DNA from: Bradymonadales bacterium | GTDB lineage: Bacteria > Bdellovibrionota > UBA2394 | Assembly (NCBI GenBank): GCA_007693605.1 | Contig: REDG01000056.1 | Location: forward strand, 4,358-68,357 | Length of the DNA stretch: 64,000 bases | Direction of reading: 5' to 3' | In this document: one piece after another, positions 1 through 9,634 of the stretch | Numbering within the stretch: position 1 is the stretch's first letter | Layout: each line of letters begins with the position of its first letter | The notes under the pieces: generated by a model | Database searches by the model: none | Told to the model about the DNA's origin: nothing | The model's input: the letters and a program-made list of their open reading frames with translations, nothing else | Made by a program: the position numbers and the translations under genes

Positions 1-943
1 GGAGAGGAATGGCCGATAGAACGCTGGCAAGCATTTGGCTCGCAGGGTTTGTAATCGCATCCAGCTGAAGGGCATTGAGCGAAGCGATTAAAACCGGAAT
101 GAGTATGACCACATAGAGGAAGAATCCGATCAATTCAGACAAACGATATTGTCCGAGAATGTTGTCAATCGAGGCTCGCCTGCTCAGTTCATTTACCCCG
201 ATTGATTCAAGCAGCTTAGAGCTGATTCCCTGAACAATCTTTGCCGCAAAGAAGCCAATCAGAGCGATCAATCCGGCCGCCAAGATGTTCGGAATAAAGG
301 CCAAAGTCTTTTCCAACATGGCTTTTACTGGGTTGAGAAGCCCCTCTAGGGCCAGTCCCTCTAAGATTGCGGGCAGAAACAAAATGAAAACGAGCCAATA
401 AAGTGTGATGGAGATGGACTTGCTCAGCGACTGAGACTTTGAGTAGCCCGCCTTCTCGCCAACCCGCTTATCTAGATTAATCGTTGTTAAAACTCGGTGA
501 CTCAATGCCTTTATGAGTGAAGCCAGTATCCAAGCAACAACCAGTAAGATCGCAGGCCCTAAAATTCTAGGAATATAGGCTAAGATCTGAGTGAGAAGTT
601 CGTTCAAGGGCTCTGTCACGATGCTCAGCTTCATGACATCAAAGAAGGCCACTAACACAAAGAGCATGATCAGATACCGGACGGCCCTCGATATCCAAAG
701 GGGGCCATCAATGCTTTTGGTAGTTTGAGACGGAGAGCCGCCTTCCGGATCAAGGGCTTTCTGAAGGCGGTCGTTGAACTTCAAAGTCTCTAGCGCCTTC
801 TTAAGGATGATAGAGACGACTACGGCGATAAGATAACCAACAATTAAAACGGAGAGTGCGCCCAAAAGATTGGGAGCAAACTTGATCACATCTTGCAAAA
901 TCTCTTCCCCGTAATTCTTTAGGTATTCGAGCTGTTCGGTCAT
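1..943 (-). CDS. CmpX-like / MscS-associated conserved TM-helix repeat membrane protein (runs off the left edge)
   Basis: Absent from the ORF track because it is truncated. Manual translation from ATG 943 (SD GAAGGAG upstream) gives MTEQLEYLKNYGEEILQDVIKFAPNLLGALSVLIVGYLIA..., open to the window edge, with repeats of '(F/Y)xP(N/R)(I/L)LxA..L(I/V)(G/A)W' typical of the conserved TM helix family. Confidence 0.8.
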   Translation of the reverse strand, partial: MTEQLEYLKNYGEEILQDVIKFAPNLLGALSVLIVGYLIAVVVSIILKKALETLKFNDRLQKALDPEGGSPSQTTKSIDGPLWISRAVRYLIMLFVLVAFFDVMKLSIVTEPLNELLTQILAYIPRILGPAILLVVAWILASLIKALSHRVLTTINLDKRVGEKAGYSKSQSLSKSISITLYWLVFILFLPAILEGLALEGLLNPVKAMLEKTLAFIPNILAAGLIALIGFFAAKIVQGISSKLLESIGVNELSRRASIDNILGQYRLSELIGFFLYVVILIPVLIASLNALQLDAITNPASQMLASVLSAIPL

Positions 944-1149
944 CCGGATCTCCTTCTTGTTAAGTCAAGGGATGAAAAGATCGCCAACATCAGATCTCGA
1001 GATTCCTTGTTTGAACCCGCTGCTCCACTCTCTTGTCTTCCCTACTATAAGGAAGTCTTCAAGTTCGACTCCTGCTTGTCAACCTCAGCTTCACTTGAAG
1101 TGCTTCAACTCGACAGCTTTATTTTTTTTGTTAGCCTCCGTGAGTTGTT

Positions 1150-1791
1150 ATGGGACTAGAAGATAGACTTTTGTCGGACTTTCTAGAGCTTCTTCCCCGG
1201 TTACTTGGAGCGCTTCTTTGTCTGATATTGGGCTGGGGCCTGGCCGAATGGGCAGGTCGGGTCTCCCGCCGACTCTTAAAGAGATTTAAACTAGACGATT
1301 TGTCAGAGGAGTCTGGTTTTGACAGCTTTCTGATCGAGAGCGGAATTCGTCAGACAGCGTCTGGTTTGGTCTCCGTATTTCTTTACTGGGCTATTTTGAT
1401 CGGATTCATTCTTGCGTCAATTCACATCCTCGGAATTGATGCCGCTGGAGTTTTGTTTGTTCGCTTTGCGGTTTACTTGCCCCAAGTGCTTGTGGCTTTG
1501 GTTGTTCTGGTGGTGGGTATCTTATTGGCAAGATTTGTGCGGTCGGCCAGCTTCAGCTATTTGAACAAGATTCAGGCGCAAGGAGCCAGGGTGATCAGCT
1601 TTGCCGCCTTTGTCGCGATCATTGTTTTTACCGTGTCTATTACTTTAGAGACGCTTGGGATTGGGGGTCCGATCCTGGTGTCGGCTTTTCAAATTGTCTT
1701 CGGATCGATTTGTCTCGCCTTTGCGATCGCCTTTGGACTGGGTGGACGCCATTGGGCGGGTGGTGTCGTGGAGAGGTTGCTCAAGAAGTGA
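1150..1791 (+). CDS. CmpX-like small mechanosensitive-channel-related membrane protein
   Basis: Two 'LP(R/Q)(L/V)LxAL' TM-helix repeats and C-terminal AFAIAFGLGGR motif. Confidence 0.8.
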   Translation: MGLEDRLLSDFLELLPRLLGALLCLILGWGLAEWAGRVSRRLLKRFKLDDLSEESGFDSFLIESGIRQTASGLVSVFLYWAILIGFILASIHILGIDAAGVLFVRFAVYLPQVLVALVVLVVGILLARFVRSASFSYLNKIQAQGARVISFAAFVAIIVFTVSITLETLGIGGPILVSAFQIVFGSICLAFAIAFGLGGRHWAGGVVERLLKK

Positions 1792-2621
1792 TTGTCGACT
1801 GTCACACGCATTTGAACTACTATTCAGACGAGAATCAGGCCGCGCTTCCTAAAACTCTCGACACTCTAAAGCTTGAAATGAAGCGAAATCGAATCGATTT
1901 TGCTCTGACCCTGACCTCCTACAAGGAGCTTCCTGGAAGGCCGACCACCAAAGAGGTGGTGGAGGCGACAAGAGACATTCCTTATATTTATGTGATCGCA
2001 GGTGTAAGCTATTATATTCATGATCAGAAGTATCTGGATGAGATTCGAGAGTATATCCAAAGTGGAAAGGTTCGAGGCTTAAAGTTCTATTGCGGCTATG
2101 AGCCTTTTTTTCCCAATGACGAGAAAATGAGGCCAGCGGTTGAGTTGGCTGAAGAATTTGATATCCCACTGTTGATTCACTGCGGAGATACATTCTCTCC
2201 TAAAGGCAAATTGAAATTCTCTCATCCGCTTCATGTTGACGAGCTTGCTGTAGACCACCCCAAGTTGAAGATTGTGATTTGCCATTTAGGAAATCCCTGG
2301 ATCAGAGATTGTATGGAGGTCGTCTACAAGAACAAGAATGTTTATACCGACATTTCAGGTCTTGTGTTGGGAGATTTTTCAGATCGATTTGAGCGGTATA
2401 TGGTGAAGCAACTTCAAGAAATGCTTCTGTACGGAGTGGAGCCCGATCGGGTCTTGTATGGCACAGACTTCCCCATTTCGTCGATGTCCAGCTATCTGGA
2501 GTTTATTCGGCAGCTGAAGTTGCCCCAGGACGACCTGAAAAAAATTCTTTCAGAAAACTCGATGCAGCTCTTTAAGCTGAAGGCTTCAGATTCTCCCTTG
2601 AGTGGTGGGCGAGGCTACTAG
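1788..2621 (+). CDS. Amidohydrolase family (Amidohydro_2 type) metal-dependent hydrolase
   Basis: DCHTH metal motif, IHCG, ICHLG, YTDISG, LYGTDFP; start GTG 1788 overlaps the upstream stop (GTGA). Confidence 0.85.
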   Translation: MIVDCHTHLNYYSDENQAALPKTLDTLKLEMKRNRIDFALTLTSYKELPGRPTTKEVVEATRDIPYIYVIAGVSYYIHDQKYLDEIREYIQSGKVRGLKFYCGYEPFFPNDEKMRPAVELAEEFDIPLLIHCGDTFSPKGKLKFSHPLHVDELAVDHPKLKIVICHLGNPWIRDCMEVVYKNKNVYTDISGLVLGDFSDRFERYMVKQLQEMLLYGVEPDRVLYGTDFPISSMSSYLEFIRQLKLPQDDLKKILSENSMQLFKLKASDSPLSGGRGY

Positions 2622-2644
2622 AGGCATGTCCCTTCGGGCTGAAG

Positions 2645-2687
2645 GGGATTGTCGCCAAACTCTCGCTCGGGAGTGTCGATAAAGGCC
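2645..2687 (+). repeat. Dispersed repeat family copy (two tandem units)
   Basis: gggattgtcgccaaactctcgctcgggagtgtcgataaaggcc aligns with the reverse complement of 43782-43826 (gggactgtcgccaaactcttgattcgggagtggcgataagggcc). Confidence 0.75.
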
Positions 2688-2770
2688 TGAAGGGCGGTTT
2701 AACCTAATCCTAGCAGTCTTTTATTATAACAATGATTCGTGTATAGAGAGAGAGGGCGTAGACTTAAAGT

Positions 2771-3646
2771 ATGAGTCGCGGTTTTCGAGGGAACCCCATG
2801 AAGCAAGTCTTGAAATCTAAATTTACAGGCAGTTTAGATCGTACCTATCTTCGATGGAAGTCTTGGACTCATCAGAATCGTGGGAGATTCGTGCCCAAGC
2901 TTTTGATTGATTTTTCAGTCGGAGAGTATCGGGTTCGCACGGTTTCTAATATCTCCGATTTACAGCGCGTTCTCAGGCTTCGTTATGAGGTGTTTATACG
3001 AGAGGGCCTAAACAAAAACAGAGCTTTAAAGCTAGATCTTGATGCTTATGATTTCTTGGCCGACCATTTGGTTGTTGAGAATCGAGAGACAGGCGAGATT
3101 CTGGGAACCTACCGAATCATCAGCTCTCTCTTTTCGGATCGATTCTATTCTGAAAACGAGTTCGAGCTGGGCGATCTCTTGAGGCGACCAGGACACAAAC
3201 TTGAACTGGGGCGAGCTTGTATTCGCCCCCAATATCGAACGGGAGCGATCATTGCTCTGCTCTGGAGGGGCGTGAAGCAATATATGGACGCTACACAGAC
3301 CCGCTATATGTTCGGCTGTGCCAGCATAAAGACCATGAGTCTTGAAAAAATCAGTTTGATTTATCATTACTTGATGGAGAAGGGGCACTTCTCTAGTGAG
3401 TTTAGAATTGTGCCGACCGAAGAGTTTCGAATCCGATCTCTAGGAAATGGCCCAGCCTTCGCGCTAAGTGATAGTGCAGAGCTAAGATCCCTCATTCCTA
3501 GCCTTTTGAGGTCATATTTCAAGGCTGGGGCGGTTGTCGTCGGAGAGCCTGCCCTTGACTCCGAGTTTCAGTGCATTGATTTTCTGACGATTTTAGACAC
3601 TCAAAAGCTTGAGGGCTCTTACGAAAAGCGCTTCAGTAAGGCGTGA
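2771..3646 (+). CDS. GNAT-fold N-acyltransferase, OlsB-like (amino-lipid synthase)
   Basis: LRYEVF, D.YD..ADHL, GTYR, YSENEF, ELGRACI..YRTG, P.LLRSY...GA...GEPALD.EF..IDF motifs; real start may be ATG 2798. Confidence 0.8.
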   Translation: MSRGFRGNPMKQVLKSKFTGSLDRTYLRWKSWTHQNRGRFVPKLLIDFSVGEYRVRTVSNISDLQRVLRLRYEVFIREGLNKNRALKLDLDAYDFLADHLVVENRETGEILGTYRIISSLFSDRFYSENEFELGDLLRRPGHKLELGRACIRPQYRTGAIIALLWRGVKQYMDATQTRYMFGCASIKTMSLEKISLIYHYLMEKGHFSSEFRIVPTEEFRIRSLGNGPAFALSDSAELRSLIPSLLRSYFKAGAVVVGEPALDSEFQCIDFLTILDTQKLEGSYEKRFSKA

Positions 3647-4449
3647 AATTTTTCAGCCTTTCAAAGCTCTTGGGCGTGGTCTTAGTCATTGCGTTGCAGT
3701 GGATTTTTGGCCTCCTTTTGCAGGCCGTTCTCTTTGCCTTTCCAGATCAAAAACGACGGGCTCAAATTCGGGTGACGCATCACTTGAGTCAAATGGCACT
3801 TTTCTTTCTGGGAATTCGGGTTCACAGGAGTGTAGAGTTTCCGGAAAGGGCGAGGAAGAAGGCAGGTAGGCTTATCGTTTCCAATCACCTGTCTTATACC
3901 GATGTCTTGGTCTTGTCGGCCGAGCGACCCCTGGTCTTTGTGACCTCCATGGATGTCAAGGAGACCCCAATTCTTGGCAGAACCTGCGCTTTCGGAGGAA
4001 GCTTTTTTGTGGAGAGAAGAAACGCTTCGAGGCTGCGCGAGGAGCTTCGAGGCCTCAGGGATCTGCTTGCGTCGGGCTTTGACTTGGCCGTTTTTCCAGA
4101 GGCGACTAGCTCCGACGGCATGCAAGTTCTGGAGTTTAAGAGGGCTCTCTTTCAAGTCTTGGCGGGCCAAGATCGGTTGTTGTTGCCAGCCTCTATTGCC
4201 TTTGTCGAGTCAGAAGGCCGGGCCTTAAATCGAAGAGATCAGGAGAGTTTCGCTTACTACGGGAGTAAGAGCTTCTTCAGTCATTTGCTCCAGCTCGTGA
4301 AGAGATGGGGTAGTGTCGTTCGATTGAGTTATCTAGACCCGATCTCCTGTCAGGCCTATAGCAGTGCTGACTTGGCTACGATGACTCAAGGGCAAATCTC
4401 TGGCTCGTATCTGGCGAGCTTTGAAAGTCCAGGGCCCGAAGAACCATGA
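3643..4449 (+). CDS. Lysophospholipid acyltransferase family (OlsA-like)
   Basis: NHLSYTD (HX4D), FVERR, FPEATSSDG; GTGA-coupled to the OlsB-like gene. Confidence 0.8.
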   Translation: MKFFSLSKLLGVVLVIALQWIFGLLLQAVLFAFPDQKRRAQIRVTHHLSQMALFFLGIRVHRSVEFPERARKKAGRLIVSNHLSYTDVLVLSAERPLVFVTSMDVKETPILGRTCAFGGSFFVERRNASRLREELRGLRDLLASGFDLAVFPEATSSDGMQVLEFKRALFQVLAGQDRLLLPASIAFVESEGRALNRRDQESFAYYGSKSFFSHLLQLVKRWGSVVRLSYLDPISCQAYSSADLATMTQGQISGSYLASFESPGPEEP

Positions 4450-4494
4450 AAAGCTCTTTGATTTTCGACCCAAACTCCAGTCTGATGCAATCTT

Positions 4495-6336
4495 ATGTCT
4501 TTTAGAAATCTTTGTATCATCGCTCATGTGGATCATGGGAAGACAACTCTTGTTGATCATTTGTTGAGGCAAGCCGGCAGCTTCAAAAGCCATGAAAGCC
4601 TGGACGATCGAGTGATGGACTCTATGGATCTTGAGAAAGAACGGGGCATTACCATTCAAGCGAAGAACGCCGCAATTCGCCTCGACCAGGTCAAGGTTAA
4701 TTTGGTCGACACCCCAGGCCACGCCGACTTTGGTGGAGAGGTGGAGAGAATTCTCTCGATGGTAGATTCTGCACTTCTTTTGGTCGACGCAGCCGAGGGT
4801 CCACTTCCTCAAACTCGTTTTGTTCTGCAGAAGGCTCTCGAAAGAAACTTCAAACCCATTGTGGTGGTGAACAAGGTCGATCGTCCCGAGTGTCGTGACG
4901 GAAGGCGAGTCAAAGAGGTGATCAATCAGATCTTTGACCTGTTCGTTGAGTTGGGAGCAACGGACGAGCAGGCAAACTTTCCGATGCTCTATGCCTGCGC
5001 CAAAGAGGGATGGTGCTGCTCTTCATGGGAAGAGGCAGAGAGCCTGATTGAGGACCCCCGATCGGGGAGCTTGCGACCTCTCTTTCAACTCATTTTGGAG
5101 AAGGTGCCGCCACCTGAGGTCTCGTCGGCTACGGCCTTTCAAATGATGGTTTCAAATTTGGGGTACTCTGATTTTGTTGGAGAGCTTGCGATTGGGCGGG
5201 TCTACTCCGGCAGTCTGCAGCTCAATGACCGGATTTTTCGGCAGGGCCAGGAGCAATCAGAGAGCTTTCAAGTCATTCGTTTGTATACCTACGATGGGCT
5301 TCGACAGGTGGAAGTGAGGTCCTTGGAGGCCGGTGATATTGGAATCGTGTCTGGGTGTAAGAACTTTGAGATCGGAGACACACTCACTTCTGACGAAAGC
5401 TTAGAGCCCCTGCAACGAATCCGCGTTGAAAGCCCAAGTGTTGGGATGATCTTCGCAGTGAACACCTCGGCCTTCGCCGGGCTAGAGGGTAAGCCTCTTT
5501 TGTCGAGAGCTTTGGGCGAGAGGCTTCACAGAGAGGCGAAAAAGAATGTGGCGCTTCGAGTAGAGGCGACAGAGAATCCAGATCAGTTTCGAGTTTTGGG
5601 TCGAGGCGAGCTCCAATTTGCTATTTTGATCGAACAGATGCGACGAGAGGGTTTCGAGTTTTCAGTTGGCAAGCCCCTTGTTCTCTTTCGTGGAGAGGGC
5701 GATCAACGAGAAGAGCCCCTCGAGCGAGTGGTGATTGATTTGCCTCAAGACTATGCCAGTGAAGTGACGGCGCTCTATCAAGAACGGAGAGGGATACTCC
5801 AATCTTACGATCAGTTGGAAAGCTTAGGTCGGGTCAGGCTTGTTTTTGAGATTCCCACCAGATCTCTTTTGGGAACCCGTTCTCGCTTTTTGAGTTTAAC
5901 GCGAGGGGAGGGCCTTTTGAGTTCTGAGTTGATTGGATACACTCCTGTTCGTGGGGACAGTTTTCAGCGAACGACTGGCGCCATGGTGGCCGATCGAAGG
6001 GGAGTGGTGACCGAGTACGCGCTAAGAAATCTCGAAGATCGGGGGGTCTTTTTCGTTCAGCCCGGAACACAGGTCTACGAGGGCATGATCGTGGGTGAGA
6101 ACAACAAAGAGACCGATCTGAATGTGAATGTGTGCCGAGAAAAAAAGTTGAGCAATGTAAGGGCAACTCATGGCACAGCGCTGGAGCATTTGCATGGCAT
6201 CAGAGAGATGTCATTAGAAGATGCCATGGAGTGGATCGAATCAGATGAGTATATTGAGGTGACTCCAAAGATGATAAGAATTAGAAAGAAAGTCTTGGCG
6301 GCGAATCAACGAGGAGTGCACAAGGAAGGCGTTTAA
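4495..6336 (+). CDS. typA: Translational GTPase TypA/BipA
   Basis: IIAHVDHGKTTLVD, ERGITI, DTPGHADFGGEVER, NKVD, GRGELQ, C-terminal EVTP..IRIRK. Confidence 0.95.
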   Translation: MSFRNLCIIAHVDHGKTTLVDHLLRQAGSFKSHESLDDRVMDSMDLEKERGITIQAKNAAIRLDQVKVNLVDTPGHADFGGEVERILSMVDSALLLVDAAEGPLPQTRFVLQKALERNFKPIVVVNKVDRPECRDGRRVKEVINQIFDLFVELGATDEQANFPMLYACAKEGWCCSSWEEAESLIEDPRSGSLRPLFQLILEKVPPPEVSSATAFQMMVSNLGYSDFVGELAIGRVYSGSLQLNDRIFRQGQEQSESFQVIRLYTYDGLRQVEVRSLEAGDIGIVSGCKNFEIGDTLTSDESLEPLQRIRVESPSVGMIFAVNTSAFAGLEGKPLLSRALGERLHREAKKNVALRVEATENPDQFRVLGRGELQFAILIEQMRREGFEFSVGKPLVLFRGEGDQREEPLERVVIDLPQDYASEVTALYQERRGILQSYDQLESLGRVRLVFEIPTRSLLGTRSRFLSLTRGEGLLSSELIGYTPVRGDSFQRTTGAMVADRRGVVTEYALRNLEDRGVFFVQPGTQVYEGMIVGENNKETDLNVNVCREKKLSNVRATHGTALEHLHGIREMSLEDAMEWIESDEYIEVTPKMIRIRKKVLAANQRGVHKEGV

Positions 6337-6343
6337 ATCAAGC

Positions 6344-8404
6344 ATGCAAGATCAGCCCAGAGAAAGACCTCAACCCCCAATCCCTAAGAAGCTGCCCACT
6401 AAGCTAGTACACCTTGGCGTTGAGAGAATGGACGAATACGCCTGGATGAAAGAGAGAGACCATCCTGATGTGTTGGAGCATCTTCGTCTGGAGAATGAGT
6501 ATACCAAAAAGAGTCTGGAGCCCGTTCAAGATCTGGAGGAGTCCCTTTTTAAAGAGATCGTTGGCCGAATAAAGAAGAGAGACGAGTCCGTTCCTTATCG
6601 AGATCGTGGGGCCTATTTTTACACACGGTTTACTGAAGAGGCTGAGTATTTGATCTATTGCCGAAAGCGGGGGAGTTTAGACTCAAAGGAAGAGATTCTG
6701 ATCGATACGAATTTGAGGGCAAAGGGCCATGAGTACTATAGCTGCGGCTCGGTGAGTGTAAATGCGAGCGGAAAAATACTGGCTTTTGCCGAAGACACCC
6801 AAGGCAGACGAATCTATACCATCTTTTTTAAAGACCTAGAGACTCAAGAGATTCTGGAAAAGAAGATTCCAGAGGTCACAGGCAATTTAGTTTGGTCCGA
6901 GCAAGAAGACTCGCTTTTCTATACCAAGCAAGACCTAGAGACTCTGCGATGGAATCAGGTGTTTCGATTCAGCTTGAATACCGGAGAGTCTGAGCTGGTG
7001 TTTGAAGAGAAAGACGATCGATTCTATCTGAGTCTGTCAAAGACTCTGACGGATCGGTTTATTCTGATTGAGACAGAGAGTAAGGTGACAACTGAAACTT
7101 GGCTCATTCCGGCAGATCAGCCTGAACATCCGCCTCAAATTTTTCTGCCCAGAATCGAGGGGCATGAGTATGCCATTGAAGATGGCATCGACAGCTTTTT
7201 TGTCTTAAGTAATCTCGAAGCGAAAAACTTTAGAGTGATGAAAACGAATCTCGGCGAGCAAAAACTTGAGAACTGGCAAGAGGTGGTTCCTCATCGAGAC
7301 GAAGTCTATCTGGAAGACATCGAGGTATACAAAGACTTTATATTCTTGCAAGAGAGAGAGAGAGGTCTTTCTCAGCTGCGATTGATTTCTAGAACAAGCG
7401 GAGAAGATCGATACCTTGAATTTCCAGACGCTGCTTACTTGGCAGAGTCAGACATTAACTCAGAATATGAGACCAGAAAGTTTCGTTATTCTTATGAGTC
7501 GATGACTAGGCCCGAATCCGTTTTTGAGTATGACTGGGATTCTCAACAATCAAATCTTTTGAAGCAAGACGAGGTGCTTGGAGGCTACGAGCCAGAAGAT
7601 TATGTGTCAGAAAGGATCGAGATTCACGCGCGAGATGGTGTGCAGGTTCCGATTTCGCTGGTGCGGCGTCGTAGTACCAAGCCCTCTAAAGCGACCCCCC
7701 TTTTGATTTTGGGCTATGGTTCTTATGGTCTTAGTGAAGAACCAGACTTCAGTTTATCAAGACTCAGTCTTTTAGATCGTGGGTTCATTGTGGCAGTTGC
7801 GCATATTCGAGGCGGCTCAGAGATGGGCCGACATTGGTATGATGACGGAAAGTTTTTGAAAAAGTGGAATACTTTTTTTGATTTTATAGACTGCACAGAA
7901 GCTCTTTTAAGTCGAGGCTACAGCTCGACTGAGCACTGTTATGCGATGGGGGCGAGTGCAGGGGGCTTGTTGATGGGAGCGGCAATGAACACCCGGCCAG
8001 ATCTCTATCATGGCGTGATCGCGGGCGTTCCCTTTGTCGATGTCATCAATACGATGCTCGACAAGAGCCTGCCTCTGACAACGAATGAGTATGAAGAGTG
8101 GGGAAATCCTGACGACGAGAAATATTTTCGATATATGCTTTCTTATTCGCCCTACGACAATGTTAAGCCCCAAGCCTATCCCCATCTGCTGGTCACATCG
8201 GGTTATCACGACTCTCAAGTTCAGTACTGGGAGCCCACGAAATGGGTGGCTCGGCTGCGTGATGTGAAAACCAACGACAGTCTCTGCCTCCTTTATACGG
8301 ATCTGTCGGTGGGCCATGCTGGGCCTTCGGGCCGCTTCGAGGGCTATCGCTTGATTGCGAAAGAATTCGCCTTTCTATTGCTTCTGGAGGGCCCTGAACT
8401 TTAG
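6344..8404 (+). CDS. ptrB: Oligopeptidase B (S9A serine peptidase)
   Basis: GYGSYG, AHIRGG.EMGR.WY, GASAGG nucleophile, EWGNP, DSQVQYWEP.KW. Confidence 0.9.
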   Translation: MQDQPRERPQPPIPKKLPTKLVHLGVERMDEYAWMKERDHPDVLEHLRLENEYTKKSLEPVQDLEESLFKEIVGRIKKRDESVPYRDRGAYFYTRFTEEAEYLIYCRKRGSLDSKEEILIDTNLRAKGHEYYSCGSVSVNASGKILAFAEDTQGRRIYTIFFKDLETQEILEKKIPEVTGNLVWSEQEDSLFYTKQDLETLRWNQVFRFSLNTGESELVFEEKDDRFYLSLSKTLTDRFILIETESKVTTETWLIPADQPEHPPQIFLPRIEGHEYAIEDGIDSFFVLSNLEAKNFRVMKTNLGEQKLENWQEVVPHRDEVYLEDIEVYKDFIFLQERERGLSQLRLISRTSGEDRYLEFPDAAYLAESDINSEYETRKFRYSYESMTRPESVFEYDWDSQQSNLLKQDEVLGGYEPEDYVSERIEIHARDGVQVPISLVRRRSTKPSKATPLLILGYGSYGLSEEPDFSLSRLSLLDRGFIVAVAHIRGGSEMGRHWYDDGKFLKKWNTFFDFIDCTEALLSRGYSSTEHCYAMGASAGGLLMGAAMNTRPDLYHGVIAGVPFVDVINTMLDKSLPLTTNEYEEWGNPDDEKYFRYMLSYSPYDNVKPQAYPHLLVTSGYHDSQVQYWEPTKWVARLRDVKTNDSLCLLYTDLSVGHAGPSGRFEGYRLIAKEFAFLLLLEGPEL

Positions 8405-8467
8405 GCCGGGTTTCCGCCCTGGCTTTGGCGTCTTGATTCTATTCTGATCTGTGCTAGAAGCCCAAGA

Positions 8468-9634
8468 ATGAAGCTTGGGGCATTGCTTTCGATCCTTTTA
8501 TTGCTTGGTTCAGAGGGGCTTCTGGCCGGAGCGGAAACCGACACGAATGAGTCGCGAAAACTCCGAGTTTTGACCTTCTTTGAGCCATCTCTTCATAATC
8601 CCACCGAAAACAGCCCAGCGGGTCTTGGAGTCGATCTTGCCTTGGTAGAGGCTGAGAGAGAAGTGGAGGTCATTCACTATCGAGCCAGTCGAAATGTTTC
8701 TGAGCTGGCGATACAGGTGAGTGAGGCGATTGAGCAGCACCGGCCCAGCTTTATCATTGGGGGTCTCACTTCAAATTCGGCCTTCGTGATTGGGGATGTT
8801 GCAGAGTCTAACAAGATTCCTATGATCACTCCCTTGGCCACCCACCCAGCCATTACCGAGAACAGGAACTACAGTTTTCGCGTGTGTTTTGATGATCATT
8901 ATCAGGCCGATCAACTTGCAAGCTTGATCGGGGAAGATCGATCATTGAGTCGTGGCCTGATTCTCTTTAATACGACAGAGACATTTTCTGTCGGCTTTCA
9001 GCGGGCCTTTGAGGCTTCCGCCCAGAGATGGGGAATTCAAGAGCTTCACTCTAAGGGCTTCTCGGATGAAAAAGAGCTCACAGACTCTGTGATTAAAGGC
9101 TTACTTGAGTCAAAGCCCCAGTTTGTTGTGATTCCTTCTTACAGCGTCGAGGTCGCGGCCATTCTATCTCGATTTTTTCGGATCGGTGCAACTGATCTTG
9201 AGTTCTTTGGGCCTGACAGTTGGGGAACTGGAGAGCTGATTTTTCGGAGTTTCTCGGATTCGACTGAAGCTTCACCGAAGGCTTTCTTTCTCTCTCACTG
9301 GGCAAGAGAGTATCAGTCGGAGTCGAATCTTCGGTTCTTGGAGCTTTTGGGAAGGCCTGAAGTGCAAGAAAGGCTTTCGCGGCAATCAGGCGGCCTCTCT
9401 CAAGCGGTTGCCTTGGCTTTTGATTCCATGAATGCCGTGTTGGCCGCGGTGGAGATTAAAGAGTCGAAGGGCTTAAATGCAAAAAGGGCTTTGAGCCAGG
9501 TCAGTTTTGAGGGGGCGACAGGCCAAATCAAGCTGGAGACCGGCAGCTCAACCAAAGAAGGTGTTCAAGTTTATCAGTTTAGCTCACAGGGTCCTCAATT
9601 TTATAAGAGTCTCATGCGGGCGCAGCCTCAATGA
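8468..9634 (+). CDS. Periplasmic LivJ/K-like (type I) substrate-binding protein
   Basis: Signal peptide; IIGGLTS, IPMITP.AT, FRVCFDD..QA, FEGATG.I motifs. Confidence 0.75.
   Translation: MKLGALLSILLLLGSEGLLAGAETDTNESRKLRVLTFFEPSLHNPTENSPAGLGVDLALVEAEREVEVIHYRASRNVSELAIQVSEAIEQHRPSFIIGGLTSNSAFVIGDVAESNKIPMITPLATHPAITENRNYSFRVCFDDHYQADQLASLIGEDRSLSRGLILFNTTETFSVGFQRAFEASAQRWGIQELHSKGFSDEKELTDSVIKGLLESKPQFVVIPSYSVEVAAILSRFFRIGATDLEFFGPDSWGTGELIFRSFSDSTEASPKAFFLSHWAREYQSESNLRFLELLGRPEVQERLSRQSGGLSQAVALAFDSMNAVLAAVEIKESKGLNAKRALSQVSFEGATGQIKLETGSSTKEGVQVYQFSSQGPQFYKSLMRAQPQ

Noticed and set aside
1005..1085. tRNA-like strings (gttcgactcc; ttgaacccgc) in the intergenic region
   Set aside because: The flanks do not form a T-stem or acceptor stem, and no cloverleaf forms on either strand
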